NCBI GenBank assembly: GCA_049724395.1
Contig: JAUGWO010000129.1
Coordinates: 1 to 64,000, forward strand
Direction of reading: 5' to 3'
Source of the DNA: Spongospora subterranea f. sp. subterranea
Taxonomy: Eukaryota
Length of the DNA stretch: 64,000 bases
In this document: positions 1-13,266 of the stretch, piece by piece
Position numbering within the stretch: the stretch's first letter is position 1
Layout: each line of letters opens with the position of its first letter
The notes under the pieces: model-generated
What the model was told of the DNA's origin: nothing
Seen by the model: the letters and a program-made list of their open reading frames with translations, nothing else
The model's database searches: none
Position numbers and translations under genes: made by a program

Positions 1-3000
1 GTATTACATCTTATCTCAAACGTCTATAGAAATATCGCCGTCATTAACATTTTGGACAAGATGGACATTGTTGAAACCACAAGTTATTGATATCAAACTC
101 GGTTGGTGATACCCCACTACACATGGCAGTTCGTTATAATCAGTTAGTCGAATATACTGTTTGATTTTGATCTCCTGTCAATGATTTCACCCGGTTTATA
201 GGAACTTGATTGTCAAGAGTCTGTTGGAAAACGGGGCCGATCCCATGATTGCCGACAAATATGGGAATACGCCATTGCACTTGCAGTAGAGAATAACCTG
301 TAAACTGCTTCAATCTGTTTATTTGTATAAAGAACACATCTGATTGATATCTCACAGGAATCAAGAGATCATTATATATATAATTGATGCGGCGAGGCGA
401 AAAACGGTCAATCTGTGGACCAGAATGGGATGACGGACCCCTCTGTGGGTTTAAGTGGCAGAATAAAATCATAATGACCTGTTTAGTGTTAACCTGTCTG
501 TCGAAATCATTGAAGTCGGTGATTTGATCTCACAGGAGTCCACTTTGCCCAACATGGGGCGACATCGGATATAATCAATCTGAGGAACGATTTTGGGAGA
601 ACTGCTCCTCTTTCAGGCAGTTATTAAAGATAGGTTGGTCAAGATCTACTGTTACCTCTTATTTGCCCCATCAAATTTGACTTTCCTTCTCCCCAGGTTT
701 CATATCGTCAGAATTCTGTTGGACAGAGGGGCCCATCCATCTATAACGGACAATAATGGGAACACCCCATTTCATATCAATTATCCATCTGCACTGTAAA
801 TGCGCCAAATCTCACCAATCATCAAAAGTTTCAGTATACTGATGTGCTCACAGGACAGACGAAATCATTCTCTCATGCATACAACATATGAATGTCAACC
901 ACCGGAACAACAATAGGGAGAACACTCCTCCACACTGCTATAAAATGTGAACGGTTGGTCGTAATTTTGTTCCTTGACACAGATCAGCGCCCAAGAAAAC
1001 TGGTAATTTAGGGAGGTTTTAGTCAAGGATTTGTTGGATAGAGGGGCCAATCCCATTATTGCTGATCACCAAGGCCTTACAGCACTGCACCTCGCGACTC
1101 TGCATGGCCTGTATTCTGAACTGATCTTTCAATATACCATGAATTCTGATTGAAGTTTCACAGAAGTCAACAGATCATCATTCATATCATTCGTGCGTGG
1201 AAGCCAAAACCATCTGATCTTCGGTTCCAAAGTGGCATGACGGAACACTTCTATTCGAGTTTACTTCACAGATTGATTCGTGGCCTGTACATTGCGTCAA
1301 TGTCAATCCAGCACATTTAAGTGGCTGATTTGATCTTACAGAAATTCAAACCTCGCTCTTGAAGTGTTTAAACTGTCATGCGATGGAATAATCAATCTGC
1401 GGGCCCAGGACGGGCGAACTGCTCTTTTTTCTGCAACTGCGCGTTTTAGGTTGGTCAAATTTACTGTCTAAGTCTCATTCGATCTTTCAGCTTTTTCTTT
1501 TAATTAATAGTCCTGAGACCGCTCAAATTCTGTTGGAGAATGGTGCTGATCCCACCATAACGGATTCAGATCACCTAGGGCCATTCCACGACACATCCAT
1601 GTAAATTGATGAAATATCACAATTTCACAGATTCAATGAGGTGAACTCAGGACCAATTGCCATCTCTTCATCTCAATGATACAGAACGTTGATGTCAACC
1701 ACCGATACATTGATGGGTCCACAATTCTCCATCTTGCTATTAATCTTCGTCGGTTAGACATGATTTGTGTTGGACTCTGAGCTGCCCTTCAATACAACTG
1801 ATTTGTTAGAGAAGTGGTGGTCAAGTATCTGTTGGATAAAGGCGCCAATCCTACTATTGCTGATAATTCTGGAAATACAGCACTGCATTGTGCAATACAC
1901 AGTAACATGTATGCTGGTCAATTGCTAATATTATTGTATCTGATTGGAATTTCACAGAAATAAACAGATACTCGTTCATATACTTGATGCGGCGCGGCCC
2001 AAAGCGACCGATAATTTGGGTCAGAATAGAATGACCCAAATTTCTGGGTGTTTGAATGAAGAAGTGAATCATGATGATCGGTATCCGCTCAAATGTGGAC
2101 CTAGCACATTCAAGTCACTGAATTCATCTCACAGACAGATTGGCGACTACGAAATGATCAATCTGAGGAACAATAAGGGCCAAACTGCTCTCTGTTTAGC
2201 GTTTTCTTTATGGCGGTTGGCAAAGTTACTGTCCGGATGTGAACCCTAAATAATGCGGTTTTGTAGCTTTCATCGAATCAGCCAACTGTTGTTGGAAAGA
2301 GGTGCTGATCCGCACTTAGCGGATCATGATGGGAACACACCCTTGAATTTCGATATGCCTCGGTTTCTGTAAATTGCTCACTCTTCATCAAATATCCAAA
2401 CATGATTGGAATTTCTCACAGGACAGACGAATTCATTATTTCGACCATTAAAACCATGGATATCAACCACCGCAACAGTTATGGAACGTATCTCCATCTA
2501 GCTGTTACATCTGAGCGGTTGGTCTTATTTCGTTTTTGACTCTGAATCATCATCTCAATACAACGGATTTGTTAGGGAAGTGGTGGTCAAGTATTTGTTG
2601 GATAAAGGCGCCAATCCTACTATTGCTGATGATTCTGGAAATACAGCACTGCATCGTGCAGTTTACTTTAACGTGTATGCTGTTCAATTGCTAATATTAT
2701 TGTATTTGATTGGAATTTCACAGAAATGAGCAGATACTCGTTCACATCCTTGAGGCGGCGCGGCCCAAAACGGCCGATAATCTGGGTCACAATAAAATGA
2801 CCCACATTTCTGGGTGTTTGAATGGAGAAGTGAATCATGATGATCGGTATCTGCTTAAATGTGGATCTAGCACATTCAAGTCACTGAATTCATCTCACAG
2901 GCAGATTGGCGCCTGCGAAATAATCAATATGAGGAACCATCAGGGCGAAACTGCTCTCTTATTAGCGTTTCGTTTTCCAAGGTTGGCAAAGTTTACTGTC

Positions 3001-4003
3001 TGGATGTGAACCGTTAAAAATGGGGTTTTGTTGCAGTGATAATATCGCACAAGTGTTGATTGAAAGAGGTGCTGACCCGAACTTAGCGGATAATGATGGG
3101 AACACACCCTTGCATTTCAATATGCCTGGGTTTCTGTAAATTGCTCAATATTCATCAAATATTTAAACATGATTGGATTTGCTCACAGGACAGACGAATT
3201 TATTATTTCGACCCTTAAAGACCTGGATATCAACTACAGCCACAGTCAAAGAAACACTTATCTCCATCAAGCTGCTAGATGTAATCGGTTGGTCTTATTT
3301 CGTTTTTGACACTGATCATCATCTTAATCAAGATGATTTGTTAGGGAAAACGTTATTAAGTATCTGTTGGATAGAGGCGCCAATCCCATGGCTCTTGACT
3401 ATAACGATAATACAGTTCTGCACTCTGCAGTTGAGAATAACCTGTACACTGATCGACTTTTGATATATTGTCAAATGATCTGATTTATATTTCACAGAAG
3501 TGAGCAGATCGTAATCGATATAATTGAATCAAAGGATCTCGGTCAACTGCGGCCGGATAATAAGAAGAGACGGTTTGGGTTCTTTGATGGATTTCTGAGT
3601 CTTTTTAGCCTGTCCATGTTCACACATATGTCTAAAACATCGAAATCGCTAAAATCATCTCACAGGAAACCGCAAAACACTTTCTGTGAAACGTGGGACA
3701 AACAACTACTCAACATGCAAAACAAGTGTGACAAAACTGCTCTACATTTGGCAGTTTCGCAACAGCGGTTGGGCAAATTACCCCTGATCAACCAACTTTT
3801 GATTGATTGACTAATCTGACTAAATTGCAGGGTCGATCTGGTTCGGCTTTTTTTGAAAAAAAGGCGCCTCCATCACCATCAAGGCTAATGGTGAGACAGC
3901 GCTGGAGTTGGCTATTGAGAAAAAGAAGGCAAACAGTACCCCATTCGCCGCCACAATTGTTGAACTTTTACAAAGCAAAACTCTGATAAGCCAACTACCT
4001 TGA
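1..4003 (+). CDS. Multi-exon ankyrin-repeat protein, 5' end outside window, built from ~770-810 bp exon-intron modules
   Basis: Exons translate to ankyrin motifs (VVKYLLDKGANPTIADNSGNTALH, LLERGADPHLADHDGNTPL, INLRNNKGQTAL, GETALELA), flanked by recurrent g|gttggt donors and cacag|/ttag| acceptors. Stop TGA at 4001-4003. Apparent +1 frameshift in the A7 run at 3856-3862. Confidence 0.85.
197..3450 (+). repeat. Five tandem exon-intron modules inside the ankyrin gene
   Basis: Anchor (c/t)tgttgga...gg.gcc.atcc recurs at 221, 1031, 1829, 2595 and 3364 (spacing 810, 798, 766, 769). Modules 3 and 4 are highly similar, including their introns. Confidence 0.9.
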
Positions 4004-4485
4004 AATGCATTTTATAAAACTGTCGCTCTTTAGGCAGAATTCACTCGGTCCACGTTGGAACACAGTAGATTTCGGTTTGTCGCCAAAGATATATTGCGAG
4101 GTAGCCATCGGTTTCGATGCGTCGTGATACTGTTAAGACGAAATTGCCCAATTCGGATCACGTTGATCATCAGTATCGCACATAACACCACAAGTCTAAA
4201 ACATTTTTTGAACACGATGCGCTCGGAAAATTGGCCTGTTCTTCTGTGTGCACGATGAGTAATCCTTGGTAAAATCGGTGGGAATATCATCTCACTTTGG
4301 ATACGGTGCACAGTTTCATTGTTTCAGGAGGCGCATCCAAATTGACCAACCATCATCATTACTGTGTTATGCCTCGTTCACAAATACGATCCCATCTGTT
4401 GAAACAAACACTTTTTCCAAATCAACTCTATGAGCGATGGATGGCGCTACACAGTCCGGGGATCACGGTGCTGGATCGGGTTGGG

Positions 4486-4879
4486 ATGAATAGTGACGAA
4501 CTGGTCGTGGAGCTGTGCTCGATCGAAACGGTATTGGATGTTGCGGTTGTGATGGGATCACATTAACGGTGTTCGTCAGGAGCTGGTATCGGCACTTGAA
4601 TGGGCAGCGGACGCCCTCGATTGCATTAGCGACGTCAATTCTGCCACGGTCAGGAAAACGGCTCCCATGTTTGAGAGCTTCGTTCAGCGCGTAGCCGATA
4701 TTCGGCGCCGACTTCATGAAATGGTGCAAACTTCTCCGAAGCCAATCGATTATGATGGATCCGAGATGTATCTCTCATATTGTGACGTATTACATGCCAC
4801 CAAGATCACCCAGGTTGTTCACGATCAGTTGAAAGACCTGCGCCAATATATCGACAACAATACCCAAGACCTGTTGTGA
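4486..4879 (+). CDS. Small helical protein, Mediator subunit MED11-like (2 exons: 4486-4530, 4580-4879)
   Basis: A GT-AG intron at 4531-4579 joins MNSDELVVELCSIET to ELVSALEWAADALDCIS...FESFVQRVADIRRRLHEMV...VVHDQLKDLRQYID in frame. Size (~114 aa) and pattern resemble MED11 from memory. Confidence 0.5.
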
Positions 4880-5282
4880 TTGACTAGTTTTGAAGTTATT
4901 TTGTCCAAATATACACATATCGCCAATATGGTAGACGCAAAGGCAGTACGGTATTTGACTCTTGACAAAAACAGGACATTTTGCAATTCCACAAATCAAA
5001 GTAGTAAAATGAGTTTTATTGTATTGGAAGAAAAAAACGTGTTTTGTGGTGACAATTACTGTCCTGTTCAAGCGACAATGTGATACAAAGCGAATGACAA
5101 ATTGTGAAGTCGTGAACAGCGTGTCGGCGAGTGTGGATTGGGCCATGAGTATAGAGGGGGAAGGGCCAGGCGCCAGGGCCCAGGGACTGCATTGTCTCAC
5201 GGCATATACAGTACTCTCTAAGAGCATCCTCCACAACACCCCAATCACGGAGGCAACCAATTAAACCGGGCATTGTTCGAGG

Positions 5283-6150
5283 ATGTGGCGAGCCCTTCAA
5301 AGGCTCATCATCAGCAACCCGACACCCTCACGTCGAACGCTCGCTTTTAGCGCTGCAGCTCCTACGTCACTGAATACTATTAGCGATAATCCTGGATCTC
5401 GTAAATTCGTGCGGCGATTGGGGCGAGGACAGGTCAGTCCTCTCCCTTTTTTCTCTTTTCTTGAAATTCAGTTCGAAAAGAATATCTTGGAGAAGTAATA
5501 GCTAGTCTTTAAAACTACTTTGCAGGGATCTGGCCGTGGAGGCACATCAGGAAGAGGGCATAAAGGCCAAAAAGCGCGAAGTGGGGCATCTAGAAAGATT
5601 CGTTTAGGCTTCGAAGGTGGACAAACTCCTCTGGCTAAAAGACTGCCAAAACGAGGGTTCACCAGGTATAATTCCATAAGAATCAAAACTTGTAGAGTTC
5701 CTGATTCTAATCATCCCCCCTTCAGCAACAAACCCGACTTTTCACCATTGAATTTAGACAAGCTGCAAGAATGGATCAAACAGGGTTCATGAAAATACCT
5801 CTCGAATCGTGTTGTTATTAATTATTTGTTTAGGAAGATTGAACCCAGATGAGCTCATTACCACCAAAATGCTAAACGACTCCGGAGTGGTCGGGAAGGT
5901 CAAACACGGAGTGAAGCTCCTCGGCAACGGAATTCAAGATTTCCATGCGAAGATCAACATTCAAGTGACCGAGGCTTCCAAAACCGCTCAGTACGCTATC
6001 GAGAAGAATGGGGGTTCCGTTATGTTCACCTATTTCAACAAACTTGGTCTGCGTGCCACCTTGCATCCAGACAAGTTCGATATTGTTCCCAAACTGGCAC
6101 GTCCTCCCCGGAAATGGGCCTTAAAACACGGAATCGAGAACCATCTTTAA
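5283..6150 (+). CDS. MRPL15: Mitochondrial ribosomal protein uL15m (4 exons)
   Basis: [93 protein letters not shown]-terminus resembles a transit peptide. Confidence 0.93.
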
Positions 6151-6597
6151 GGATAATACAGCATCGCATACATTGTCAATCGTAAATACTGAGACGCAGA
6201 CAGGCAATCAAAATAAGTGCAACGGTTTTCTTAGTGCATCCGAACCCAGCTAGGGGACAAGCATCTAATTCGTGTCTCTGATTGCGGACCCAAGAACGCG
6301 GAATATCGCAACAGAGTGAGTTGATCTAAACCTACCCGATAACTGAGGACGACCCTCGCACCTAAACAGCCAAGTACCCTTCGAAAAGGAAAATCACAGA
6401 AGAAATCTGAGAGACGCGCCCGTTATCGTTGAACTGTTGCCACATTCACCATCCATCCATCCATCCATCTCCCACACAGGTTGTGGTTTTCGCGCCATGA
6501 AAAATTGACCGTAAAACGCCCAAGGGACTTGGGTCATTTCAAAAATCGCGTTTTATTGACTGTGTTTACCACTCTGATAAGTGATGGGTAACAAAAG

Positions 6598-8330
6598 ATG
6601 TATCGTTATAACACCAGGTGGAAGATGTGGGAAAGGGCCGCGCTATTCACACACAAAACAAACACATTGTGTGTAATGATCGATATGAAGAGCAGATTGC
6701 AGACCAAACAACATAAACTTTTGTTGAGAACCGAACTGATTGAATCGTCGGGGGGACTCTTGGCAGCCGCGGATGCCGATAGCGTATCCATATTCGCAAT
6801 GGCTGAGTCTTTGGATGTGAGCAATTGGCGTTGACACCTGGGATGATGTTTCAATGACGTTTTTCCAGGGTCCGGATTTGACGTTGAAAGCGAGGGTGTT
6901 CGCTTCCACCACAGTCACTGCATTCGCCATTGCACCGGTTCATCAGAGCTCAAAATCATTCATTGTCACGGTCGGAGACCAAAACGGCCAGCTCAGCTGT
7001 CACCGGATTAGGCCAAGACCTGTTGAAGGCGCAATGTTTCTCGTAGATAAGCTGCAATGTTTTGATACTGGCGGCAAGATTGTTCGCGTTGCCGCTTCTA
7101 CTGAAATAATTATCGCTTGCACTGAGTCAGAAACATCCGTTATCATCGGCGGTTCCATTTTTTAAGTTAAACATCCCTGCATCCTGTTGTGCCACTCGTG
7201 TTGGCGGGATGTTCGCTTTGGGAAGTGATACTGCAGTTACATTTTTCGAAGGCACAAGACAAAAATGGGCCAGATCCAGTGAATCTGTATCCGCGATGTC
7301 GTTTACATCGCCTTCTTGCTTTGTCGTGGGTCATGCGAACGGGTCGTTGAGCGTTTTCAACTTTCACGGAACTGTGATAAGCAAGCTCCCATACCTATCG
7401 TCGTTCGGAGGACCTGTGACCAAGTTTTTGGGTCCCTTACCATTCCCAAGACTAAGTAAAAGTAGTTCATTCCTCACCACTGTCAACCTAAATTTAAAGT
7501 TGTTCAGTCATTCAGCAGAGGAATTTCAAGCTAACAAAGCTATGATTGCGATCACTTCAAACTGTTTCGTTATTTGGCCGTTCCTTGAGAGCGAATCGAG
7601 CGAAATCTGCTGCCCCTCTATCGCTGACCAACTTAATTGGAACGCTGCATTTCCATTGAAAGATATCGCTGGAGGCATATTAGACGCATGTGCAGTTCAT
7701 TGCGATGCTAAGAGAATCCGGGCAGTTTCTGTGTGGTGACGGCGACCGAAGAATCTGCTCTGAAACTTGAATTTAAAGTCATCAAAGAAAATTACGACGA
7801 CGAAGAACTTGTTACTGAAGATTTACTGTTAAACTCGGGGCATGACATGCAAGTTGACGCGACTACTGACCTTGGTGAAAGTCCAAACACGATCGCAGAA
7901 TTGCCGGACGCTTCTAAAAATTGTGAGGATATATGTGAGCACATTCGCAATATCAATCATTTTGAGCTACCAACGTCACCCGTTCGACAGTTTCCTGAAC
8001 TCAGCGGCAAGGAATCACTCCAGGAGGTTGGTCAGACCGTAAAAACTAGTTAATAGTTTACTTATAATTGTGAACCAGGTGCTTTTATTTTTCAAAATGC
8101 GAATTCATGACTGCGAAAGTGAGGTCCGAGAATTGCACTCGGTGTTTCAGTCTTTTACGCAAATGATGACGGATTCTATGATCGAGATATCTAGGCGTTT
8201 ATCAGATAAAAAAGCTAGGACCTGAACGATGTGTATACTGTCAATTGAAAGCGTACGTAGCGAGAATCGTTGAATCCCAACGGTATCGATGGGCTTGAAT
8301 ATTCGCTAGATCGCAATGGAATTGACCAAT
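6598..8330 (+). CDS. Hypothetical multi-exon protein with WD40/beta-propeller-like segments; boundaries uncertain
   Basis: Consecutive + ORFs with strand-type motifs (LLAAADADSVSIF, IVTVGDQNGQLSCH, FVVGHANGSLSVFNF) followed by an acidic tail. Confidence 0.45.
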
Positions 8331-8558
8331 CACCGAGCCGAGATAGTGTTACAGGGCCCAACCGCCCATTGGCCAATACGGTAATCCTGTGCAACGCTTT
8401 GCCTTGAATTTTCGTCGAATTGATTTTTCGAAAAATGATGGAAAAAAATAATGTTTTTTCAGTAATTGAAAGCAGTCCTGGTGGCATGCCAACAATAAAA
8501 GGTGTCGAATGCAGATTATCATAAACATCAACAAAACGGCGATATTGCCCAGTACTAT

Positions 8559-9147
8559 TTATTCTGGTTTGATCTGCGATTGAGACATTCGCATAAGTAA
8601 GTAAATTCCTGTTGAATCATCGATGGGCTCCATCGGTTTGAAGGGCATTGGCGTCATTACACGAAACTCTTCTGGTTTAGGAGTGATCGGGCCCTTCCTT
8701 TTCATGCGAGACCACTTTATCTTGAGTCCGTCACTTGTCCTTGTCTTCAAAGATTCACGAAAGCGTTCGTCACTTAAAATGGCCTTCCAGTTTGTCCCAT
8801 GATACTGCATGCCATTAATTAACGCCTGTTTCTCACAAGCATCCCAGTGCTTTCTGGAATGATGATTAGTTCTAGCCGAAACTCGTTTACCAGCTGGATT
8901 CCTTGTTTTGTCATTCCGATCCTCATCATATGTGGGCAGCCCTTCGGGAATCTCAGCAGTATTCTCTCCTTTTATCCTTTTAGCAAATTGCCTGCAGTCA
9001 GTTTATATTTAAGAAATCCCGAAAAGAGAAACTCGATTGCAAATTGCACCTAATTTCAGCAAAGACGGAGTTGGCTTTCGTTATATCTTCTACGCTGATG
9101 CTCGCTTTCTGATTGGTTTTTCTGACTGGACTACCCTCCTCGCTCAT
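8559..9147 (-). CDS. Single Myb/SANT domain protein, telobox (TRF-like) type (2 exons)
   Basis: RKHWDACEKQALINGMQYHGTNWKAILSDERFRESLKTRTSDGLKIKWSRM. An intron at ~8993-9049 (ag|gtgcaa..ctgcag|) links an upstream exon starting MSEEGSPVRK. Confidence 0.8.
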
Positions 9148-9859
9148 CAGATGTTTGCAAAATCAGGGGCCAGCAAGCTTAGAATGGAATTTATGCTTTG
9201 GAATTATTATATGAAATACTAAACGATCGTGGCGCAGTATGAATGAAAGAGGTCGATTTGACAATCTGAGACTGGCAACTCTCGATCACAAGCTAATGCT
9301 CATAGACCCCGGTCCCGCTTATATCTCAATTTTTGTCCCGAAAATGGGCTGATAGATCGTACCAATCAGTGGGATCGAATAACCCCAAACATAGATAGTC
9401 AGCAGTGAACAGAGTGAACCCTGGAGCGATTTGATATGTGGCGCCGCGCCCGGGAACGGCACAGCACTCTATGACTCCGGAAAATATATAAAGCAGCTAA
9501 CCCTGTCTCGGGTCGGATTCGCACTCTGTTGGAACTCGTTACTGGGCAGATTTGACGCGAGAGTCGAGACTCAACAAACTACAGGGCAGTTTATACCTCC
9601 ATACTATTGTTCCAGGATCATTTGAAGCAGTGGCGGGCGAGATCAGACTGTTGAAACAACAATCGCCTTTGATAATGACTTTCTCACGAATAACAAAACA
9701 CGATAAGTAAAAGCCACTGATGATTCGGTCCGTTGAGAAATGCTGGCACCACAAAGCGATCGTTACAATCCCACTAAGAAACTAATTTCTTTGCCATGAA
9801 CTGTCAATCCACCCTGTGTATAACGCTTCAATGGCAAACCTTGATGAAAATAATTTTGT

Positions 9860-9960
9860 GATGGCGCACTTGCCAAGTCTTTCGCTGTATTGCACTTTGA
9901 ATGCTTTCCATCGGGCTCCAATTATTTTTGTTATTTGCGCAAAAATTGTCGTGTCCTGTA
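9860..9960 (-). pseudogene. Possible isolated HMG-box fragment
   Basis: FAQITKIIGARWKAF matches the HMG-box helix 2 pattern, but no complete gene could be built. Confidence 0.3.
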
Positions 9961-10419
9961 CACAGGCGGAGGCCAATTCAATTTACGCATGATTGCTCGC
10001 CCATGTTCTGCCAACTACGCTATTGTGTGGGGAGAGCGTATGTACACATGGTACATGACATACAGCATACTAACAATGGAAGTTCTCTACGACTACACTC
10101 AATTTGTGTATCCAACTTGATCCAATAAATGATCCGAATTGATCTGTGCGGCGAGCGCAGTCTCATGTCGGTCGCGTGGCAAACTCCCGTCACAGTTTGC
10201 CACGCGTGTCAAGATAGCACTTCTTGACGCCGAGGCTGCTCTTCTGTGGCATCGCTTGCTCGTAAATGCCAAACTCTTCGGTTTGGACTTTAGACTGTGC
10301 CAAAACCAGGTCAACAGGGCGAGCACGGTCATTTTAGACAGTGAAATGGAGGTCGTCAGCCGAAATTTAGTGAATACACTAGTGAGCGCCTTGGTAAATA
10401 AACGGTGCTGTGTCAGGAG

Positions 10420-10788
10420 ATGCCCCAACCGCGTCTGTTGCTCCTCCAAATCAGCCGATACCCTCCCAACCCAGTGGGCTCGATTTATTTTCAACCATAT
10501 TCGCGGAAGATGACCAAATCCAGACCATACATAGACCGATTTAGTTAAAACCCAGGACGACTCAGGACGTCATCATTGATGCGGCTCAGAAACAATCTGT
10601 AGATTGTCACTGTGTTTCGGTTCTTGATTTTAATGTTGAGCATTGTATTCTCGTGCGAAGGCAGCAAGTGCAGTGATTTAAACTTAATATACTCTTACCT
10701 CCTTGCATCGTGGGTTTTTACTGAATCGGTGTATGCTGGATTTGGTCATTCGGCTGATTTGGAGGCGCAACAGACGCGGTTGGGGCAT
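10420..10788. repeat. Imperfect inverted repeat (fold-back)
   Basis: 10420-10458 is the reverse complement of 10750-10788 (38/39). 10511-10556 pairs, with indels, with 10709-10748. Confidence 0.85.
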
Positions 10789-11690
10789 AACTGGAGCTTT
10801 TAGCACGATGATTATTGTTTTGGAATTGCACCAGCGTTGATACGGGCTGAGCATTTACCCTTGCGCCGATTCAACGCTGATCTGTTCAAAGTCAGAAGGG
10901 CAACTTAGCTTGTTAACAGTTCAATACCTATTGACATTGTCTGCACCTCTGGCTCTTTTCCTGGGTGACAGTATTCACCGGAACGTTGACAAGAGGCTAT
11001 GTAGACTATTCCGAAATGACACGAGATTCATGGTCGATAGGTTGTACGTGTGCTGATTATTAACCACTGTTTGAGTTTCTATTACTTTGATAGCAGTAAT
11101 TTCCTGGGTCCAAGGATTGTCATGTCCAAGTAGGTTTGTGCAGGATTTGGAATTGTCTGAGGACGACCATTGTCGTCACGAGCAGCTGCCGTAATATACA
11201 GCTTCAATGAAGCTTTGCTGTAAAGCGGGTGGCCAGCGTTGATGCAGGTTATCTACTGCAAAGAGGGTTCCGGAGAAATACGACAAAATACAGCAGCGAT
11301 GCCTGGGCATGGTATTATGGTGGAGGTGAAATCAGCACAGTTGCATGAAGGAATTTGCCCCAAACGATGGTCGGAAAGAACGATATCATGATAGAATCGT
11401 CCATCTGATGAAGATACTCGCCAATTAATATATTGGTCGCTGATCTCTTCCGCATGAGGAAGATCAGACGCGCGACGGTACTGTTCCTGCCAGATCGCAT
11501 CTACGTAGTCGCTCCCTTTTCGGTCCTTTTGTATGAATGTACACAGTGTTCATAGAACGTGCCTGCGATCGATTGAACTGATTGTTGAGGTGCTCCCACA
11601 ATTGGAGCATCAGACGATTCCAAATCCTGCACAAACCTACTTGGACATGACGGTATATCAAAGCATTGTATACCCAGCGAAAGCAGATGT

Positions 11691-12044
11691 GGACCTGCTT
11701 CGTCGGTTGCAATGGTCGTTTATTGAAGAGGATCAGAACGATGCTGCTATTGATGCTGTCTTCTCATCCGACGATGATGTTTTCAGAAGACTTCTCGCCT
11801 CATCCGAAACCGTCGGCGGTCATTGTGAACAGGATTGTCAGAAAAATAATCCGAGTATATGCGGTTGGCACCCAGTGCTCGTCCACGATCCGCGTTAGGT
11901 TTTCGGCCAACTCTCGAGCCTCCATGGCGAGAGCCTAATTGCCCTGAGTTAAAAATATCATCGTCGGATGAGAAGACAGCATCGATACCAGCATCGTTCT
12001 GATCCTCTTCAATAAACGACCTTTGCAACTGACGAAGCAGGTCC
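11691..12044 (-). mobile_element. PIF/Harbinger-type (Plant_tran-like) transposase N-terminal relic with 93-bp inverted arms
   Basis: Minus frame GGSRVGRKPNADRGRALGANRIYSDYFSDNPVHNDRRRFRMRREVF matches the conserved DYF..NPVY..FRRRFRM segment. Arms 11691-11783 and 11952-12044 differ at 5 of 93 positions. Confidence 0.75.
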
Positions 12045-12255
12045 GATGCGGATCGTTTTGGGGATACACATCGCGGCTCGCGGAGGACGTCCGAGGGTGA
12101 AATTAGGACCGAAAAGTGACGTCCTCATATGAATGTGAGATTGTCGCACTTAACATTGGATTGGATATAGCGATTGATCAAGACTATCGAAAGGCCGCTG
12201 GAACATATTTAGGGGTAGGGATTAGGGACTGTAAATTTAAGGATTTGCGGTGGAG

Positions 12256-13266
12256 ATGCTCAAAAGCATCGGGGTTCTTTTTTCTGTTCCGCTGTTCCTT
12301 AATAATTATGGAACTGAGTATCTTCAGTTAATCAGGCTAGATCTCCTACTTTCCAGGGAGTTAAATGCAGCCTGCACAAAAACATGTAAATTTGAAGTGC
12401 CTAACCGTTGCTCATTGCATTCTGCAAATCGACGTTGCTGGGCTGTTGAACAAGATAACTTTTGCCATCGATGAACCAAGCCCACCTCCTTTGCCTGACC
12501 TTCTTGGGGAACCGAATCGCCGTTTCAGGAACACAATGGACTTTTCTTCAGGTGCGGTTGGACCGTTGGAAATTTTTCGGTGGAATTAGCAAGGAAATTC
12601 ATGGCATATCACTTTGATAGCGATAATGATGATGATAACGACGCATTTATCGGTTATACAACACTACACGATTGCCTGCTGGATTTCAATGGGTATCTTG
12701 ACCCAAACCGACTTGCCGAGGCGGCAGAATGTGCGAAGAGGTTCCAACATTGGACAAGGTCAGAAGATCGCGGTGTTACTGATATTGATTGTTCAATATT
12801 GTGACAAAAATCTACTTGTTTTTTATGATCTAGTGAATGGTTTCTCTGGTCGGGATCAGCAATTTATATTCCCCATGTTCCAGCGTCCGCTGCGTCCATA
12901 CCAAATTAGAAACTCACCTCAACCCCATCATTAGACGTAGGACATCTTCCCTTTACAATCATGTAGGTTTTCTGGCCGGAGGATGTGGTTGAGTCTTCCG
13001 TGCCGTTTCTGCAACAGTTGACTTAGTCAAGCTCGATGATGCCCGACTAATGCCGATGTTTCAGTGGTGCTTCGATAACTGATTTCTTCGAATCAGAAAA
13101 CCCGGTGGATTCCAGACTGTCCAACACAGTAGACGACGACGAAGCTGAAATTGCATTTTCTGTGGATGCTGCGCTTGAAATGATCCAGAATTATAAACAA
13201 GCTCCGAATCAACACCTGATCAAGCAATTGATGATTGATAAGGGTGGTTCAGAAACGAATTATTGA
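12256..13266 (+). CDS. Hypothetical multi-exon or frameshifted protein whose 3' end runs into the first unit of the tandem array
   Basis: Overlapping + ORFs at 12250-12934, plus an exon-like segment ENPVDSRLSNTVDDDEAEIAFSVDAALEMIQNYKQAPNQHLIKQLMIDK at ~13095-13243. No homology recognised. Confidence 0.3.

Noticed and set aside
6449..6468. (CCAT)n microsatellite; also (AT)n at ~54828-54842
   Set aside because: Short, ordinary simple repeats.
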